This document shows positions 1 to 9,763 of a stretch of DNA of 64,000 nt, one piece after another. This DNA comes from Alphaproteobacteria bacterium (GTDB taxonomy: Bacteria > Pseudomonadota > Alphaproteobacteria > UBA828): positions 288,001 through 352,000 of the forward strand of contig CAXXVO010000008.1 in assembly GCA_963422645.2 (NCBI GenBank), written 5' to 3'. Every line of letters begins with the position of its first letter. The stretch's first letter is position 1. The notes beneath the pieces were generated by a model, which saw only the letters and a program-made list of their open reading frames with translations, was not told the DNA's origin and made no database searches. Both the position numbers and the translations under genes were made by a program.

Positions 1-338
1 TCGCGCGCGCCGCGGGAACGGTCGGCTACGTGAGCTGGCTGCATCGCGCCGCGGTCGGGCTGTTCACCGACGACGATGCGAATCCGCTGGATAAACTGGT
101 CGCGCTCGGGCATAGTCTGGCCCTCGCCGAACGCCTGCTACCGGTCGATGCAGTGCTGGCCGACATCCCGGCTCTGCCGCTGACCGCTCGCGAGGCAGAT
201 CGTCTGCGCCACGGCCAGCCCGTGCCCGCGCCCGGCGCCGCACCCGGAAGGGTCCGTGCCGTTGCCGGGTCACGACTCGTGGCGCTGGCCGAAGTCGGCG
301 CGGGCCGGGCCCGCCCGTTGCGGGTCTTCAACATGTGA
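1..338 (+). CDS. truB: tRNA pseudouridine(55) synthase, C-terminal part (partial at window start)
   Basis: Frame is open from the window edge ([21 protein letters not shown]...LADIPALPL...RLRHGQPV...LRVFN), matching a TruB C-terminus; lies directly upstream of rpsO-pnp. Confidence 0.85.
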   Translation, partial: ARAAGTVGYVSWLHRAAVGLFTDDDANPLDKLVALGHSLALAERLLPVDAVLADIPALPLTAREADRLRHGQPVPAPGAAPGRVRAVAGSRLVALAEVGAGRARPLRVFNM

Positions 339-354
339 CAAGCGGAGTAGCCAG

Positions 355-624
355 ATGTCGATCACCGCGGTGCGGAAGACCGAGCTGATATCGGAGTACG
401 CAACCAAGACCCACGATACCGGCTCGCCGGAGGTCCAGGTCGCGATCCTGACTGAGCGGATCAACAACCTGACCGAGCACTTTCGGAGCCACAAGAAAGA
501 TCTCCATTCGAGGCAGGGCCTCCTGAAGATGGTCAGCCGCAGGCGCCGCCTGCTCGACTATCTGAAGCGCAACGATCAGGAGCGCTACACCACCGTGATT
601 CAGCGGTTGGGTTTGCGCAAATAG
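355..624 (+). CDS. rpsO: 30S ribosomal protein S15
   Basis: 89 aa, [16 protein letters not shown]...[15 protein letters not shown]...LLDYLK; ATG at 355 with GGAG upstream. Confidence 0.98.
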   Translation: MSITAVRKTELISEYATKTHDTGSPEVQVAILTERINNLTEHFRSHKKDLHSRQGLLKMVSRRRRLLDYLKRNDQERYTTVIQRLGLRK

Positions 625-674
625 CATTGGCAATCGCGTGGTCCGCCGGGATGCGGCACGCGGGTCAAGAGGGC

Positions 675-712
675 ACGGCGGGAGGCGCGGCATGGGCCGC
701 CGCCACCGCCGT
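675..712 (+). promoter_or_regulatory. GC-rich stem-loop in the pnp leader (possible RNase III / autoregulatory hairpin)
   Basis: ACGGCGG...CCGCCGT outer arms with inner CGGC/GCCG pairing are visible; role inferred by analogy to E. coli pnp autoregulation. Confidence 0.35.
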
Positions 713-770
713 TGCGCCTGTGTAGGGGCGAGCCGAATGGGTGGCTCGCCATCGGAACGAAGGAAACAGC

Positions 771-2897
771 ATGTTCGATATCACACGTCGTGAGGTTATG
801 TGGGGTGGGCGCAAGCTCGTCCTCGAAACCGGGCGCATCGCCCGCCAGGCGGATGGCGCCGTCCTCGCGAGCTACGGCGAAACGGTGGTGCTCTGCACCG
901 TCGTCGGCCAACGTACAGCGAGGGAAGGGCAAGATTTCTTCCCGCTGACCGTCAACTACGAGGAAAAAGCATCCGCCGCCGGCAAGATTCCGGGCGGCTT
1001 CTTCAAGCGCGAGGGGCGCCCGAGCGAGAAGGAGACCCTGGTCTCCCGTCTCATCGACCGGCCGCTTCGGCCCCTCTTCGTCAAGTCGTTTCGCAACGAG
1101 ACCCAGGTCATCTGCACGGTGCTCTCGCACGACCTGATCAACGATTCCGACATCGTGGCCATGGTCGGCGCGTCGGCCGCGCTCACGATCTCGGGTCTCC
1201 CCTTCATGGGGCCGATCGGGGGGTGCCGGGTCGGCTTCGCGGACGGCGGCTATGTTCTGAACCCGACCTACGAGCAGCGCGCGGCCTCCGACCTCGATCT
1301 GGTCATGGCCGGCACTCAGGAGGGTGTGCTCATGGTCGAATCGGAGGCGTCCGAGCTCGCCGAGGATCAGATGCTGGGCGCAGTCACGTTCGGTCACCAG
1401 GCGATCACGCCTGTGATCGACGCGATCATCAGCCTCGCCGAGGCGTGCGCGAAGGAGCCCTGGGAGCTGCCCAAGGAAGAGGTGGACACGGCGCTGGTCG
1501 AGCGGATCCGCGCGAGCGCCGAGGCCCAGCTCCGCGCAGCCTACGCCATCGCCGGCAAGACCGAGCGGTTGGAGAAGGCGGCGGCGGCCAAGGCCGACAC
1601 CGCGGCGCAGTTCCGCGAGGACGGCGGCGCCGCCGGCATTCTCGACGGCACGCTGAGAGGGCTCGAGAAGGAGATCGTGCGCGGCCAGATTCTCGACAGC
1701 GGCGTGCGCATCGACGGCCGCACGACCAGCGATGTTCGCGCCATCGAGTGCGAAGTGGGCGTGCTGCCGCGCAGCCACGGCTCCGCGCTCTTCACGCGCG
1801 GCGAGACCCAGGCGCTGGCCACAGCGACCCTCGGCACCGGCCAGGACGAGCAGATCATGGACATGCTCGAGGGCGAGTATCGCGAGCGCTTCATGCTGCA
1901 CTACAACTTCCCGCCCTATTCGGTGGGCGAGGCGCGCTTCCTGCGTGGCCCCGGCCGGCGCGAGATCGGCCACGGCAAGCTCGCGTGGCGGGCGCTTCAT
2001 CCGCTCATGCCCGATGCCGAGGCGTTCCCCTACACCATCCGCGTGGTCTCGGAGATCACGGAGTCCAACGGCTCGTCGTCGATGGCGACGGTCTGCGGGG
2101 CCTCGCTCTCGCTGATGGATGCGGGCGTTCCCCTGACCCGGCCGGTCGCCGGTATCGCCATGGGGTTGATCAAGGACGAAGAACGCTTCGCCGTGCTCTC
2201 CGACATCCTCGGCGACGAGGATCACCTCGGAGACATGGACTTCAAGGTCGCGGGCACGGAGCAGGGCATCACTTCCCTGCAGATGGACATCAAGATCACC
2301 AGCATTACCGAGGAGATCATGCGCACCGCGCTCGCCCAGGCGCGCGATGGCCGGCTGCACATCCTCGGCGAGATGGCGAAGGCGCTTACGCGCGCGCGCG
2401 ACAGCGTGAGCGACAATGCCCCCCGCATCACCACCTTCTCGATCCCGAAGGACCGCATCCGCGAGATCATCGGCCCCGGCGGCAAGGTCATTCGCGAGAT
2501 TTGCGAAACCACGGGGACCAAGATCGACATCGAGGACGACGGCACCATCAAGGTGGCAGCGGTCGAGGCCGAGGCGGCCGAGGCAGCGATCAACATGATC
2601 CGCGACATCGTGGCCGAGCCCGAGGTCGGCGTGATCTACGACGGCAAGGTGGTCAAGATCGTCGACTTCGGCGCCTTCGTGAACTTCATCGGCAAGCGCG
2701 ACGGCCTGGTCCATATCAGCGAGATCGCGCCGCGCCGGATCAAGAGCGTGAGCGATGTGCTGAGCGAAGGTGATAATGTCAAAGTGAAGGTGCTCGGCAT
2801 CGACGACCGCGGTAAGGTCAAGCTGAGCATGAGGGCCGTGAATCAGGAGAGTGGAGAGGACCTGAGCGCGGCCGAGGAGACGGCGCAGGCCGGGTAG
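771..2897 (+). CDS. pnp: Polyribonucleotide nucleotidyltransferase (PNPase)
   Basis: [28 protein letters not shown] and GDMDFKVAG motifs; C-terminal KH and S1 domains. Confidence 0.98.
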   Translation: MFDITRREVMWGGRKLVLETGRIARQADGAVLASYGETVVLCTVVGQRTAREGQDFFPLTVNYEEKASAAGKIPGGFFKREGRPSEKETLVSRLIDRPLRPLFVKSFRNETQVICTVLSHDLINDSDIVAMVGASAALTISGLPFMGPIGGCRVGFADGGYVLNPTYEQRAASDLDLVMAGTQEGVLMVESEASELAEDQMLGAVTFGHQAITPVIDAIISLAEACAKEPWELPKEEVDTALVERIRASAEAQLRAAYAIAGKTERLEKAAAAKADTAAQFREDGGAAGILDGTLRGLEKEIVRGQILDSGVRIDGRTTSDVRAIECEVGVLPRSHGSALFTRGETQALATATLGTGQDEQIMDMLEGEYRERFMLHYNFPPYSVGEARFLRGPGRREIGHGKLAWRALHPLMPDAEAFPYTIRVVSEITESNGSSSMATVCGASLSLMDAGVPLTRPVAGIAMGLIKDEERFAVLSDILGDEDHLGDMDFKVAGTEQGITSLQMDIKITSITEEIMRTALAQARDGRLHILGEMAKALTRARDSVSDNAPRITTFSIPKDRIREIIGPGGKVIREICETTGTKIDIEDDGTIKVAAVEAEAAEAAINMIRDIVAEPEVGVIYDGKVVKIVDFGAFVNFIGKRDGLVHISEIAPRRIKSVSDVLSEGDNVKVKVLGIDDRGKVKLSMRAVNQESGEDLSAAEETAQAG

Positions 2898-3036
2898 GGA
2901 ACGCCGCCGAGAGAAGCGACACCTTGCAAACGGCGTCCCCGTCGCCCACATCGTGGCGTGGCGGGGGCGTAGGCCCACTGCCCTGCGCTGCTGCGTTGGG
3001 CGGATCGAGCCAGGCGCAACGGTGGACGGACCGACC

Positions 3037-4434
3037 ATGAAGGCGTTGAACGCAATCAGGTTATCGGGTCGCGAGGTCCTGCCCTTGATCGAGGGCGGCA
3101 AGGGCATCGGCGTGACCAACGGCCTGAGCTCCGGCGCCTGGGCCGCCGCTGGCGGTGTCGGCACATTCTCCGGCGTCAATGCCGACTACTACGACGAGCA
3201 CGGCCGCGCAATTCCGCAGACCTACCGCGGCCGCACCCGCAAGGAGCGGCACGAGGAGCTGGTCGACTACGCGATCAGGGGCGGCATCGCCCAGGCGCGC
3301 ATCGCCTACGAGACTTCGGGCGGCGACGGGCGGCTCCACATGAACGTGCTGTGGGAGATGGCTGCCGCCGAGCGCATCCTCCACGGCATCCTCGACGCCA
3401 CGCGCGGCATCATTCATGGCGTGACCTGCGGCGCCGGCATGCCCTACCGCCTGGCCGAGGTGGCCGCACAGTACGATGTCCAGTATTACCCGATCATTTC
3501 GTCGGCGCGGGCCTTCCGCGCGCTCTGGAAGCGCGCCTACCATCGATTCTCTGACTGGATGGGCGGCGTCGTCTACGAGGACCCCTGGCGTGCCGGCGGC
3601 CATAACGGCCTCTCCAACAGCGAAGACCCCGAACAGCCCGAGCCCGCCTATCCGCGGGTCATGGCGCTGCGCCAGCAGATGCGCGAGTACGGCCTCGACG
3701 ACGTTCCGATCGTGATGGCGGGCGGGGTCTGGTACCTGCGCGACTGGGAGGACTGGATCGACAACCCCGAGCTCGGCCCTGTGGTGTTCCAGTTCGGCAC
3801 CCGCCCGCTGGTGACCGAGGAGAGCCCCATCTCCGAGCAGTGGAAGCGTAAGCTACTATGCATGAGGGAGGGGGACGTGAAGCTCAACCGCTTCAGCCCC
3901 ACCGGCTTCTACTCCTCGGCGGTGCGCAACCACTTCATCAGGGAGCTCGCCGAGCGCGAGCATCGGCAGGTCGCCTACACCGCAGAGCCCATCGGCGACC
4001 ATAACCAGATCTTCACGCCGGGGCCGCGCGGACGCTCTTTCTATCTGACCAAGGGCGATCTGGGGCGGACCGAGGCGTGGATGGACGAGGGCTTTAACGC
4101 CGTGTTGAAGACCCCCGACACCACGATCATCTTCGTCACGGACGAGAAGGCGCGCGAGATCAGGGCCGACCAGGCGGCCTGCATGGGCTGCCTCAGCGTC
4201 TGCCGCTTCAGCAACTGGGCGACCAACGAGCTGGGCTCGACCGGCAAGAAGACCGATCCCCGCAGCTACTGCATCCAGAAGACGCTGCAGGAGATCATCC
4301 ACGGCGAAGACATCGACGACCAGCTCATGTTCGCTGGCCACGCGGCCTTCCGGTTCGCGAACGATCCCTTCTACTCGAACCGCTTCATTCCCACCGTGCG
4401 CCAGCTGGTGGAGCGCCTGCTCACCGGCGACTGA
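3037..4434 (+). CDS. Nitronate monooxygenase / FabK-like flavin oxidoreductase
   Basis: LIEGGKGIG, CGAGMP, AGGHNGLS, MAGGVW, FQFGTR motifs; typical neighbour of pnp in alphaproteobacteria. Confidence 0.85.
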   Translation: MKALNAIRLSGREVLPLIEGGKGIGVTNGLSSGAWAAAGGVGTFSGVNADYYDEHGRAIPQTYRGRTRKERHEELVDYAIRGGIAQARIAYETSGGDGRLHMNVLWEMAAAERILHGILDATRGIIHGVTCGAGMPYRLAEVAAQYDVQYYPIISSARAFRALWKRAYHRFSDWMGGVVYEDPWRAGGHNGLSNSEDPEQPEPAYPRVMALRQQMREYGLDDVPIVMAGGVWYLRDWEDWIDNPELGPVVFQFGTRPLVTEESPISEQWKRKLLCMREGDVKLNRFSPTGFYSSAVRNHFIRELAEREHRQVAYTAEPIGDHNQIFTPGPRGRSFYLTKGDLGRTEAWMDEGFNAVLKTPDTTIIFVTDEKAREIRADQAACMGCLSVCRFSNWATNELGSTGKKTDPRSYCIQKTLQEIIHGEDIDDQLMFAGHAAFRFANDPFYSNRFIPTVRQLVERLLTGD

Positions 4435-4464
4435 CCGCCGCCGCCCCGCCTGCCGCCGTCTGCT

Positions 4465-5240
4465 TCACCGCTCCTTCACATAGGGAACGCCGCTCGCCTT
4501 GCCTTGGGCGGCACCGCCTTGCCCACGAAGCCTGCGAGCAGCAGCACGGTTAGCAGGTAGGGCAGCGCCTGGATTGCTTGCACGGGGATCACGCCGACGC
4601 CGGGGATATCCACGCCTTGCAGCCTGGCCTGCACGGCATCGGCGAAGGCGAAGAGGAAGCAGGCGAAGAGGGTCGGCACCGGGCGCCACTTGCCGAAGAT
4701 GAGCGCGGCGAGGGCGAGGTAGCCCATTCCTGCGCTCATGTCGCGCACGAAGAGCGCGTTCTGGGCGATCGAGAGCGACGTGCCGGCAACGCCGCAGAGG
4801 ATGCCGCAGACGATCATCGCCCGGTAGCGCATGCCGGCGACCGAGATGCCCGCCGTGTCCACCGCCTCCGGCGCCTCGCCGACCGCGCGAAGCCTCAGCC
4901 CGAAGCGGGTCTTGTAGATGAACCACGCCGCGAGCGGGACCATGCCGAGCGCGATATAGACGATCAGATTATGGCCGCTCGCCATCTCCGAATAGATCTG
5001 GCCGATGAAGGGCACGTCGCTCAGCCGGTCGGCGAAGGGGAAGTGAATCGGGCGGAAGCGCGCGCCATCCCCCACCAAGGGCGTATGCCCCCCCTGGCCG
5101 AACCAGGCGAGTGAGAGCACCGGCCCGAGCCCCGCCACCAGGATATTCAGCGCCATGCCCGAGACCACCTGATCGCCCCGGTGGGTGACGCAGGCGAAGG
5201 CGTGAACCATCGCGAGCGCGACCGAGGCGCCCACGCCGGC
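4465..5240 (-). pseudogene. ABC transporter permease (nucleoside/BMP-type), N-terminally truncated and frameshifted near its 3' end
   Basis: GDQVVSGMALN, TRFGLRLRAVGE, GMGYLALAALIFGKWRP motifs. Homology stops at the 5240/5241 junction. A 5-bp tandem duplication GCCTT (4496-4505) moves the natural tail ASGVPYVKER* into another frame. Confidence 0.8.
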
Positions 5241-5345
5241 TGTAGCCGGCCGGAAGTCTTTGCGAATCGCGGCCGGAAGTCTTTGCGAATGGCCTGGAAA
5301 ATCGGCTGGTTTTCGGGGCTGAACCGGGCTGGAAAAACCGGCCTG
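5241..5345. mobile_element. Orphan transposon end (TGT terminus plus tandem transposase-binding-like repeats)
   Basis: TGT at 5241 exactly at the permease break; identical 21-mers CGGCCGGAAGTCTTTGCGAAT at 5247-5267 and 5270-5290; further CTGGAAAA..CGGC repeats near 5294 and 5329. Confidence 0.65.
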
Positions 5346-5412
5346 TGCATGGGCCATGAAGGAGCGCTGCGCGGGGGGTTCAGGGCCCGTGCACGGGCGG
5401 TGCGTGGGGGTT

Positions 5413-5997
5413 TCAGGCGCGGTCGGGACCGGGGCGGGCGCCGGGGCGGCACGGGCGTTCGAGTTCGGCCTTCCACCATTCGGGGTCTTCGACGGCGCGT
5501 TCTGCGGCGTCGTATCCGTCGTGACCGGTCCATCTTCCGGGGTCGGCGTCGGCGTACCACCGGCCTGCGCCGCGGTGTCGCTCGAGGGCGTCGTCGATGC
5601 GGGCGACCTGGTCCGCCGGGCGTCCCCGGCAGAAGCGCTCGAAGAAGGCGTTGAGGCGGCATCGGGGGCAGCGTCCGCAGGGCTCTGCCGCAACGGTGCA
5701 TCGCCAGGTGAGCGCCTCCAGCCCGGGCGGGAGCAGGGCCTGGAGCATGAAGCGCCCGGCGACGGGTCCGAAGGGGGCGTCCCGCGACGGCGGCCACTGC
5801 GCGCCGTCCTCCCAGCCGGGGAAGAAGGGGAGTTCCGTGGGGACGGCGGTGCGCGCGCGGTAGGCCGGATGCCAGTACATGCGGTGCATGTCGTCGGCGG
5901 TGTCCCACGAGGTGATGCCGGGCATCACCCGGTCGGCGCGGTGGCGCTCGGCCTCGTCGGCGTGGGTTGCGTACCGGTCGATGCGGATTGATGCCAC
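5413..5997 (-). CDS. Hypothetical protein with a QueC-like Cys motif (probable fragment)
   Basis: LTWRC-x6-CGRCPRC resembles the QueC TWSCY-xn-CGxCxxC zinc site; no SGGxDS PP-loop present. Confidence 0.45.
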   Translation of the reverse strand: MASIRIDRYATHADEAERHRADRVMPGITSWDTADDMHRMYWHPAYRARTAVPTELPFFPGWEDGAQWPPSRDAPFGPVAGRFMLQALLPPGLEALTWRCTVAAEPCGRCPRCRLNAFFERFCRGRPADQVARIDDALERHRGAGRWYADADPGRWTGHDGYDAAERAVEDPEWWKAELERPCRPGARPGPDRA

Positions 5998-6066
5998 GTT
6001 CGAGGAAGCGATACAGGCGCTCGTGCGGTCCGTGCGCGTCCGCTAAATTCCGCGTCGGAAGCCTCG

Positions 6067-6291
6067 ATGATGAAAGGCAGGTGCACCTTCACTCAAACTG
6101 AAGCCCATGCCATCCGGGCCATGATCGCACGACTCAGAGATTCAGACTCAAGCGAACAGAAGCGGATACGTAACAAGCTCCGGAGCGAGCATGGATTCTG
6201 GATCACTGATTTCGGTCGCAGGGGAACAAATGGCTTCACGGTCGCCGACTTCGATGCGTTGATCGAGAGTGGACGAATCCACATACATTGA
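6067..6291 (+). CDS. Small hypothetical protein (74 aa)
   Basis: Protein-like composition, lower GC than the core genes, co-oriented with the next gene. Confidence 0.55.
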   Translation: MMKGRCTFTQTEAHAIRAMIARLRDSDSSEQKRIRNKLRSEHGFWITDFGRRGTNGFTVADFDALIESGRIHIH

Positions 6292-6319
6292 TTTCGGCAC
6301 TTTCCTACATAATCCCCAA

Positions 6320-7348
6320 ATGAAAGATACCGCCTACTACTACCCGGCTCCCTACTGGCTGGCGAAGGAAGGGGACTGGATCAAGTCGTTACTGCTCTTC
6401 TTCGACGAGGTGGCCATCCTGCTGCCCGACTACATGCGGGGGCACCATAGAGACGCGGATCCGTCCCTCGCCGGACCGTTGGAAGATCAGGGGCTCCTTC
6501 GCGTTCTGGAACCGAATGAGTGGATAGACGCAGAAGTGGCCGAGACGCTGGCGAAGATCATGGTGGAATTCCTTGCGGAAGGAGTCTTCGACGGGTTGCC
6601 GGAGGAACGCTACTTTGCGGAACTGTCTCAGTCGCGGATCGGCTACGGGGCGGACGCAGAGCTGGCGGGGTTCCTGGTGGACGAACTGCGGCAGAGAGGG
6701 CTGGCGCGCCCCAGCAAGGACGGCGTGTCGATCCCGCTCCATCCGGTGGTCCGCACGACAATTCTGGTAATCCTGGGCCAACTGGCGCGCCGCGCAGGAG
6801 ACCGTCGCGGGATGGCAGTGCATCCGGCGACGGACTGCCCAAAGGCGACTACGGACCTGGTGGACGCATTGTCTAGGGAGTCGATGCCGTCCTGTGAAGG
6901 CGTGATCAGGCTGGACCTGGAGCCGGTCACGCTGGACCTGTCGTCGATCCCGCTCGAGGAGGTGCTCCAACTCCGGGAGGACCACCGGGAAGCGCACAGA
7001 GCCTACATGAGCAGTCTCCGGGGCTTTCTCGTCGAACTCGGCCGGCTCAGCGACCCCGTGGAGCGGGAGGCGGCGATATTGGAAAGGGGGCAGGAGATCG
7101 CGGACATGGCTCACGACAACCGGCGTTCGGTCAGACGATCCGTGGGCAAGAGCCTTACGTCATGGTCTATGGGAATCGCCGGAGGGGTTTGGTCAGCGGC
7201 GACCGGCGACGTCCTGGGCGCAGCAGTGGGTGGTCTAGGGCTTGGCGCGGGCCTGATTCCAGGGTCGGCGGACACGGTGGGCGCGGTGGGCGCGTACTCG
7301 TATCTCTTTGCTGTAACCAGTGCCTTCGGACAAAGGGCGGAGTGGTGA
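6320..7348 (+). CDS. Hypothetical protein with a C-terminal Gly-rich hydrophobic segment (possibly DUF6236-like)
   Basis: Long clean ORF starting AYYYPAPYW...WIKSLLLFFDEVAILLP; tail GIAGGVWSAATGDVLGAAVGGLGLGAGLI. Confidence 0.7.
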   Translation: MKDTAYYYPAPYWLAKEGDWIKSLLLFFDEVAILLPDYMRGHHRDADPSLAGPLEDQGLLRVLEPNEWIDAEVAETLAKIMVEFLAEGVFDGLPEERYFAELSQSRIGYGADAELAGFLVDELRQRGLARPSKDGVSIPLHPVVRTTILVILGQLARRAGDRRGMAVHPATDCPKATTDLVDALSRESMPSCEGVIRLDLEPVTLDLSSIPLEEVLQLREDHREAHRAYMSSLRGFLVELGRLSDPVEREAAILERGQEIADMAHDNRRSVRRSVGKSLTSWSMGIAGGVWSAATGDVLGAAVGGLGLGAGLIPGSADTVGAVGAYSYLFAVTSAFGQRAEW

Positions 7349-7357
7349 AGGAGCCCA

Positions 7358-8008
7358 GTGCGGGCGTTCCTGGATTACCCGCGCCCGCAAGCGCGACATC
7401 GACCGGGCGGAACTGCGCGGCATCTGGGCGGCGAGAGTGCTCTCGACCTGGCCGGCTACACGCATTATCTGAGCCTCGGAGGCAAGCCGCGCGTCCACTT
7501 CTACGGCGAAGTGCCGTCCTGGCTGAAACGGCTGCCGATGCAGACCCACGTCGTCGTGCACCGGCGCCCGCTTTTTGGCGACGACTCGACCGGCATCGGA
7601 GAGGTCGGTCTCGGGGCCGGGGCCGGCGGGCCGGCGGTCGATGTGTGGCGCTGGCCCATCGAGGCGTCGTCGCCGGAACGTGCCATCCTCGAGGCGCTCG
7701 ACGAGTTGCCGCGCCATGCCAACTTCGAAAACCTGGACAAGGTCTTCGAGGGGCTGGTGTCGCGGCGGCCGAGGCAGCTCGTGGCGCTGCTGGCAGCCTG
7801 CCGCAGCGTGAAGGTGCGCAGGCTGTTCTGCGTCTTCGCGGACCGGCACCGGCATGGCTGGCGCAGGCACCTGGACACCTCGACGATCGACTTCGGGTCC
7901 GGTCCGCGGGCTCTCGCGGCGGGCGGAAGGCTGCATCCGACGTACCGCATCTATGTGCCGAAGGCGTTGGCGTCGGAGCAAGCCACCGCGCGGTACAGCG
8001 ATGCTTGA
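7358..8008 (+). pseudogene. Type IV TA antitoxin AbiEi family, N-terminal domain apparently missing
   Basis: HLGGESALDLAGYTHYL, SSPERAILEALDELP, CRSVKVRRLF motifs; recognisable homology starts only near 7421. Confidence 0.75.
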
Positions 8009-8923
8009 CCGCTATGTCGCCCAAGTCCGCCTGCTGCTGAGCACGCTGCCGGTCATCGCGGGGGAAACCGCGTTCGCGCTCAAGGGCGGCACGGCCATCA
8101 ACCTGTTCTACCGGGACATGCCGCGGCTGTCCGTCGACATCGATCTCACCTGGCTGCCGGTGGGAGACCGCCGGTCGTCGCTCCGGGACATCGACGAAGC
8201 ACTCGACCGCATAGCGGGCATGATCGCCAGCCGCAACAGACGGGTCGCGGCACGCCGCATTGCGGGCGGCGGGTGGCGGCGACACGCGCATCCTGGTGAG
8301 CGACGGCCGGGCGCGCATCAAGATCGAGACCTCCCCGATGATGCGGGGAGCGGTGTATCCGGCGAGGACGATGGACGCTTCGCAGACGGTGACGGAGCGT
8401 TTCGGGTTCGTCGAGATGAACGTGCTGGCCTTTGAGGACCTGTACGCCGGCAAGCTCCATGCGGCGCTCGACCGCCAGCATCCGCGCGACCTGTTCGACG
8501 TGAAGCTCCTGTACGAAAACGAGGGTCTGACCGACGGCCTCTTCCGCGTGTTCATGGTCTATGTCGCGGGCTCCGGCCGCCCGATGCACGAGCTCCTGGC
8601 GTCGGCGGCGCCGCTCAGGGAAGACCTGTATGACGAAGAGTTTGCCGGGATGACCCACGATGCCTTGACCAGGGATGCGCTCGCCGAAACGCGCCGGCGC
8701 CTGTACGCTGTACGCCGACATCAGGTCACGACTGGAGGGCAGGATCGCCGCGTTCCTGCTTTCGCTGCACGACGCCGAGCCCGACTTCGGACTTATCGGT
8801 CTGCCCGAAGCCGCGAAGCTGCCGGCGGTTCGCTGGAAGTTGCTCAATCTGGAGAAGCTCAGGCAGGCCAATCCCCGGAAGCATGACGCGCAGCGGACCG
8901 CGCTCGAAAACCTGTTCCGGTGA
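8001..8923 (+). pseudogene. AbiEii/AbiGii nucleotidyltransferase toxin, two frameshifts
   Basis: FALKGGTAINLF..MPRLSVDIDL and GKLHAALDRQHPRDLFD split over three frames; extra G at about 8271-8273 and a 7-bp duplication CTGTACG at 8701-8714. Confidence 0.85.
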
Positions 8924-9032
8924 CGGTGGGAGCCGAATTCGCGAGTCCCCGCAGGATGATGGCATAGTGTTGATTTCGGTGCTTGGAGCGTTCCTGCGAT
9001 CAGCGTAACGTATCTGAATCATGGTACAATTT

Positions 9033-9286
9033 CCCGCGTTTCGCCACGAGCAGCTCAATCCGGCCGACAGAGTGGGAGCGGCGCGCAGCGCGATGTGGTG
9101 CATCGGGCAAGCGTCGCGACGCACGCTGTCGGCCGGAGAGCGCCGCCCTTCGGGTCGCGCCCAGGCGCCCGACCACGGCGTCGCGGGCCTCAACCGTATT
9201 CCCCGATACGCTTTTCGTCCCGCTCCTTGTGGATCGAACGCCTGGGTGCGACGCAGGCCGTGACCGTGGTGAGAAATGCGGGCTAG
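9033..9286. repeat. Possible MITE / IS1380-like end remnant
   Basis: GGTGAGAAATGCGGGCTAG at 9268-9286, weak inverted partner CCCGCGTTTC at 9033; 17/19 identical copy at 44329-44347. Confidence 0.4.
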
Positions 9287-9322
9287 ACGGGAGATCGGCG
9301 GGCGCGGCGGCCCCTCAGCCGG

Positions 9323-9763
9323 CTAAACCGCCGGCGCTGCCCGTGCTGACCGAAGAGGATCGTCACCGGCGGGTTCAGGCCCGCCCGGCCTCGGAGGATC
9401 CCTCGGCGCGGTGCCGTCGCCCTCACCGAGTACGATGGAGACCAGCTGCATCTCGCGGCCGGTCACGACCTCGGGCGTTGCCCGGCCGCAGTCGGGACAG
9501 CGGAAGTTGTAGGGTCCGCTCGGCGTCTTCACACCGTCGCAGACGCGGCAGTACACGGTGAGCGGAAGCTCTTCGATGTCGAGCACCGCTCCCTCGCAGG
9601 TCGTCCCTCGCGAAGCGGACCGAAAGCTCACGTGGAGCGCGCGGGTCAGTGCCGACAGCACGCCGAGCCGCACGTGAATCCGCGTGACCCGGCGCGCGCC
9701 ATGCGCGAGCGCGTAGTCGTCAACCATTTCGATGAGGCTCCGGGCGAGAGCAAGCTCATGCAT
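9323..9763 (-). CDS. hypA: Nickel metallochaperone HypA
   Basis: N-terminal MHE nickel motif, two CxxC motifs (CRVC, CPDC), GREMQL. Confidence 0.95.
   Translation of the reverse strand: MHELALARSLIEMVDDYALAHGARRVTRIHVRLGVLSALTRALHVSFRSASRGTTCEGAVLDIEELPLTVYCRVCDGVKTPSGPYNFRCPDCGRATPEVVTGREMQLVSIVLGEGDGTAPRDPPRPGGPEPAGDDPLRSARAAPAV

Noticed and set aside
600-3179. 859-aa reverse-strand ORF and similar long overlapping ORFs (e.g. 23724-25610, 18725-20179, 58965-60701)
   Set aside because: Antisense or alternative-frame shadows of well-supported genes, expected in high-GC DNA.
5247-5290. CRISPR array
   Set aside because: Only two repeats with a 2-nt spacer and no cas genes.
4476-5693. 405-aa permease with a Pro/Thr-rich N-terminus
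   Set aside because: Chimeric reading through the transposon end; only the part up to 5240 is permease-like.
8260-8285. Programmed frameshift in AbiEii
   Set aside because: No canonical slippery heptamer, and a second independent frameshift downstream indicates decay.
9057-9069. Partner end of the 5241 transposon (reverse complement TGTCGGCCGGATT)
   Set aside because: Only a short GC-rich match, no tandem 21-mers and no matching target duplication.
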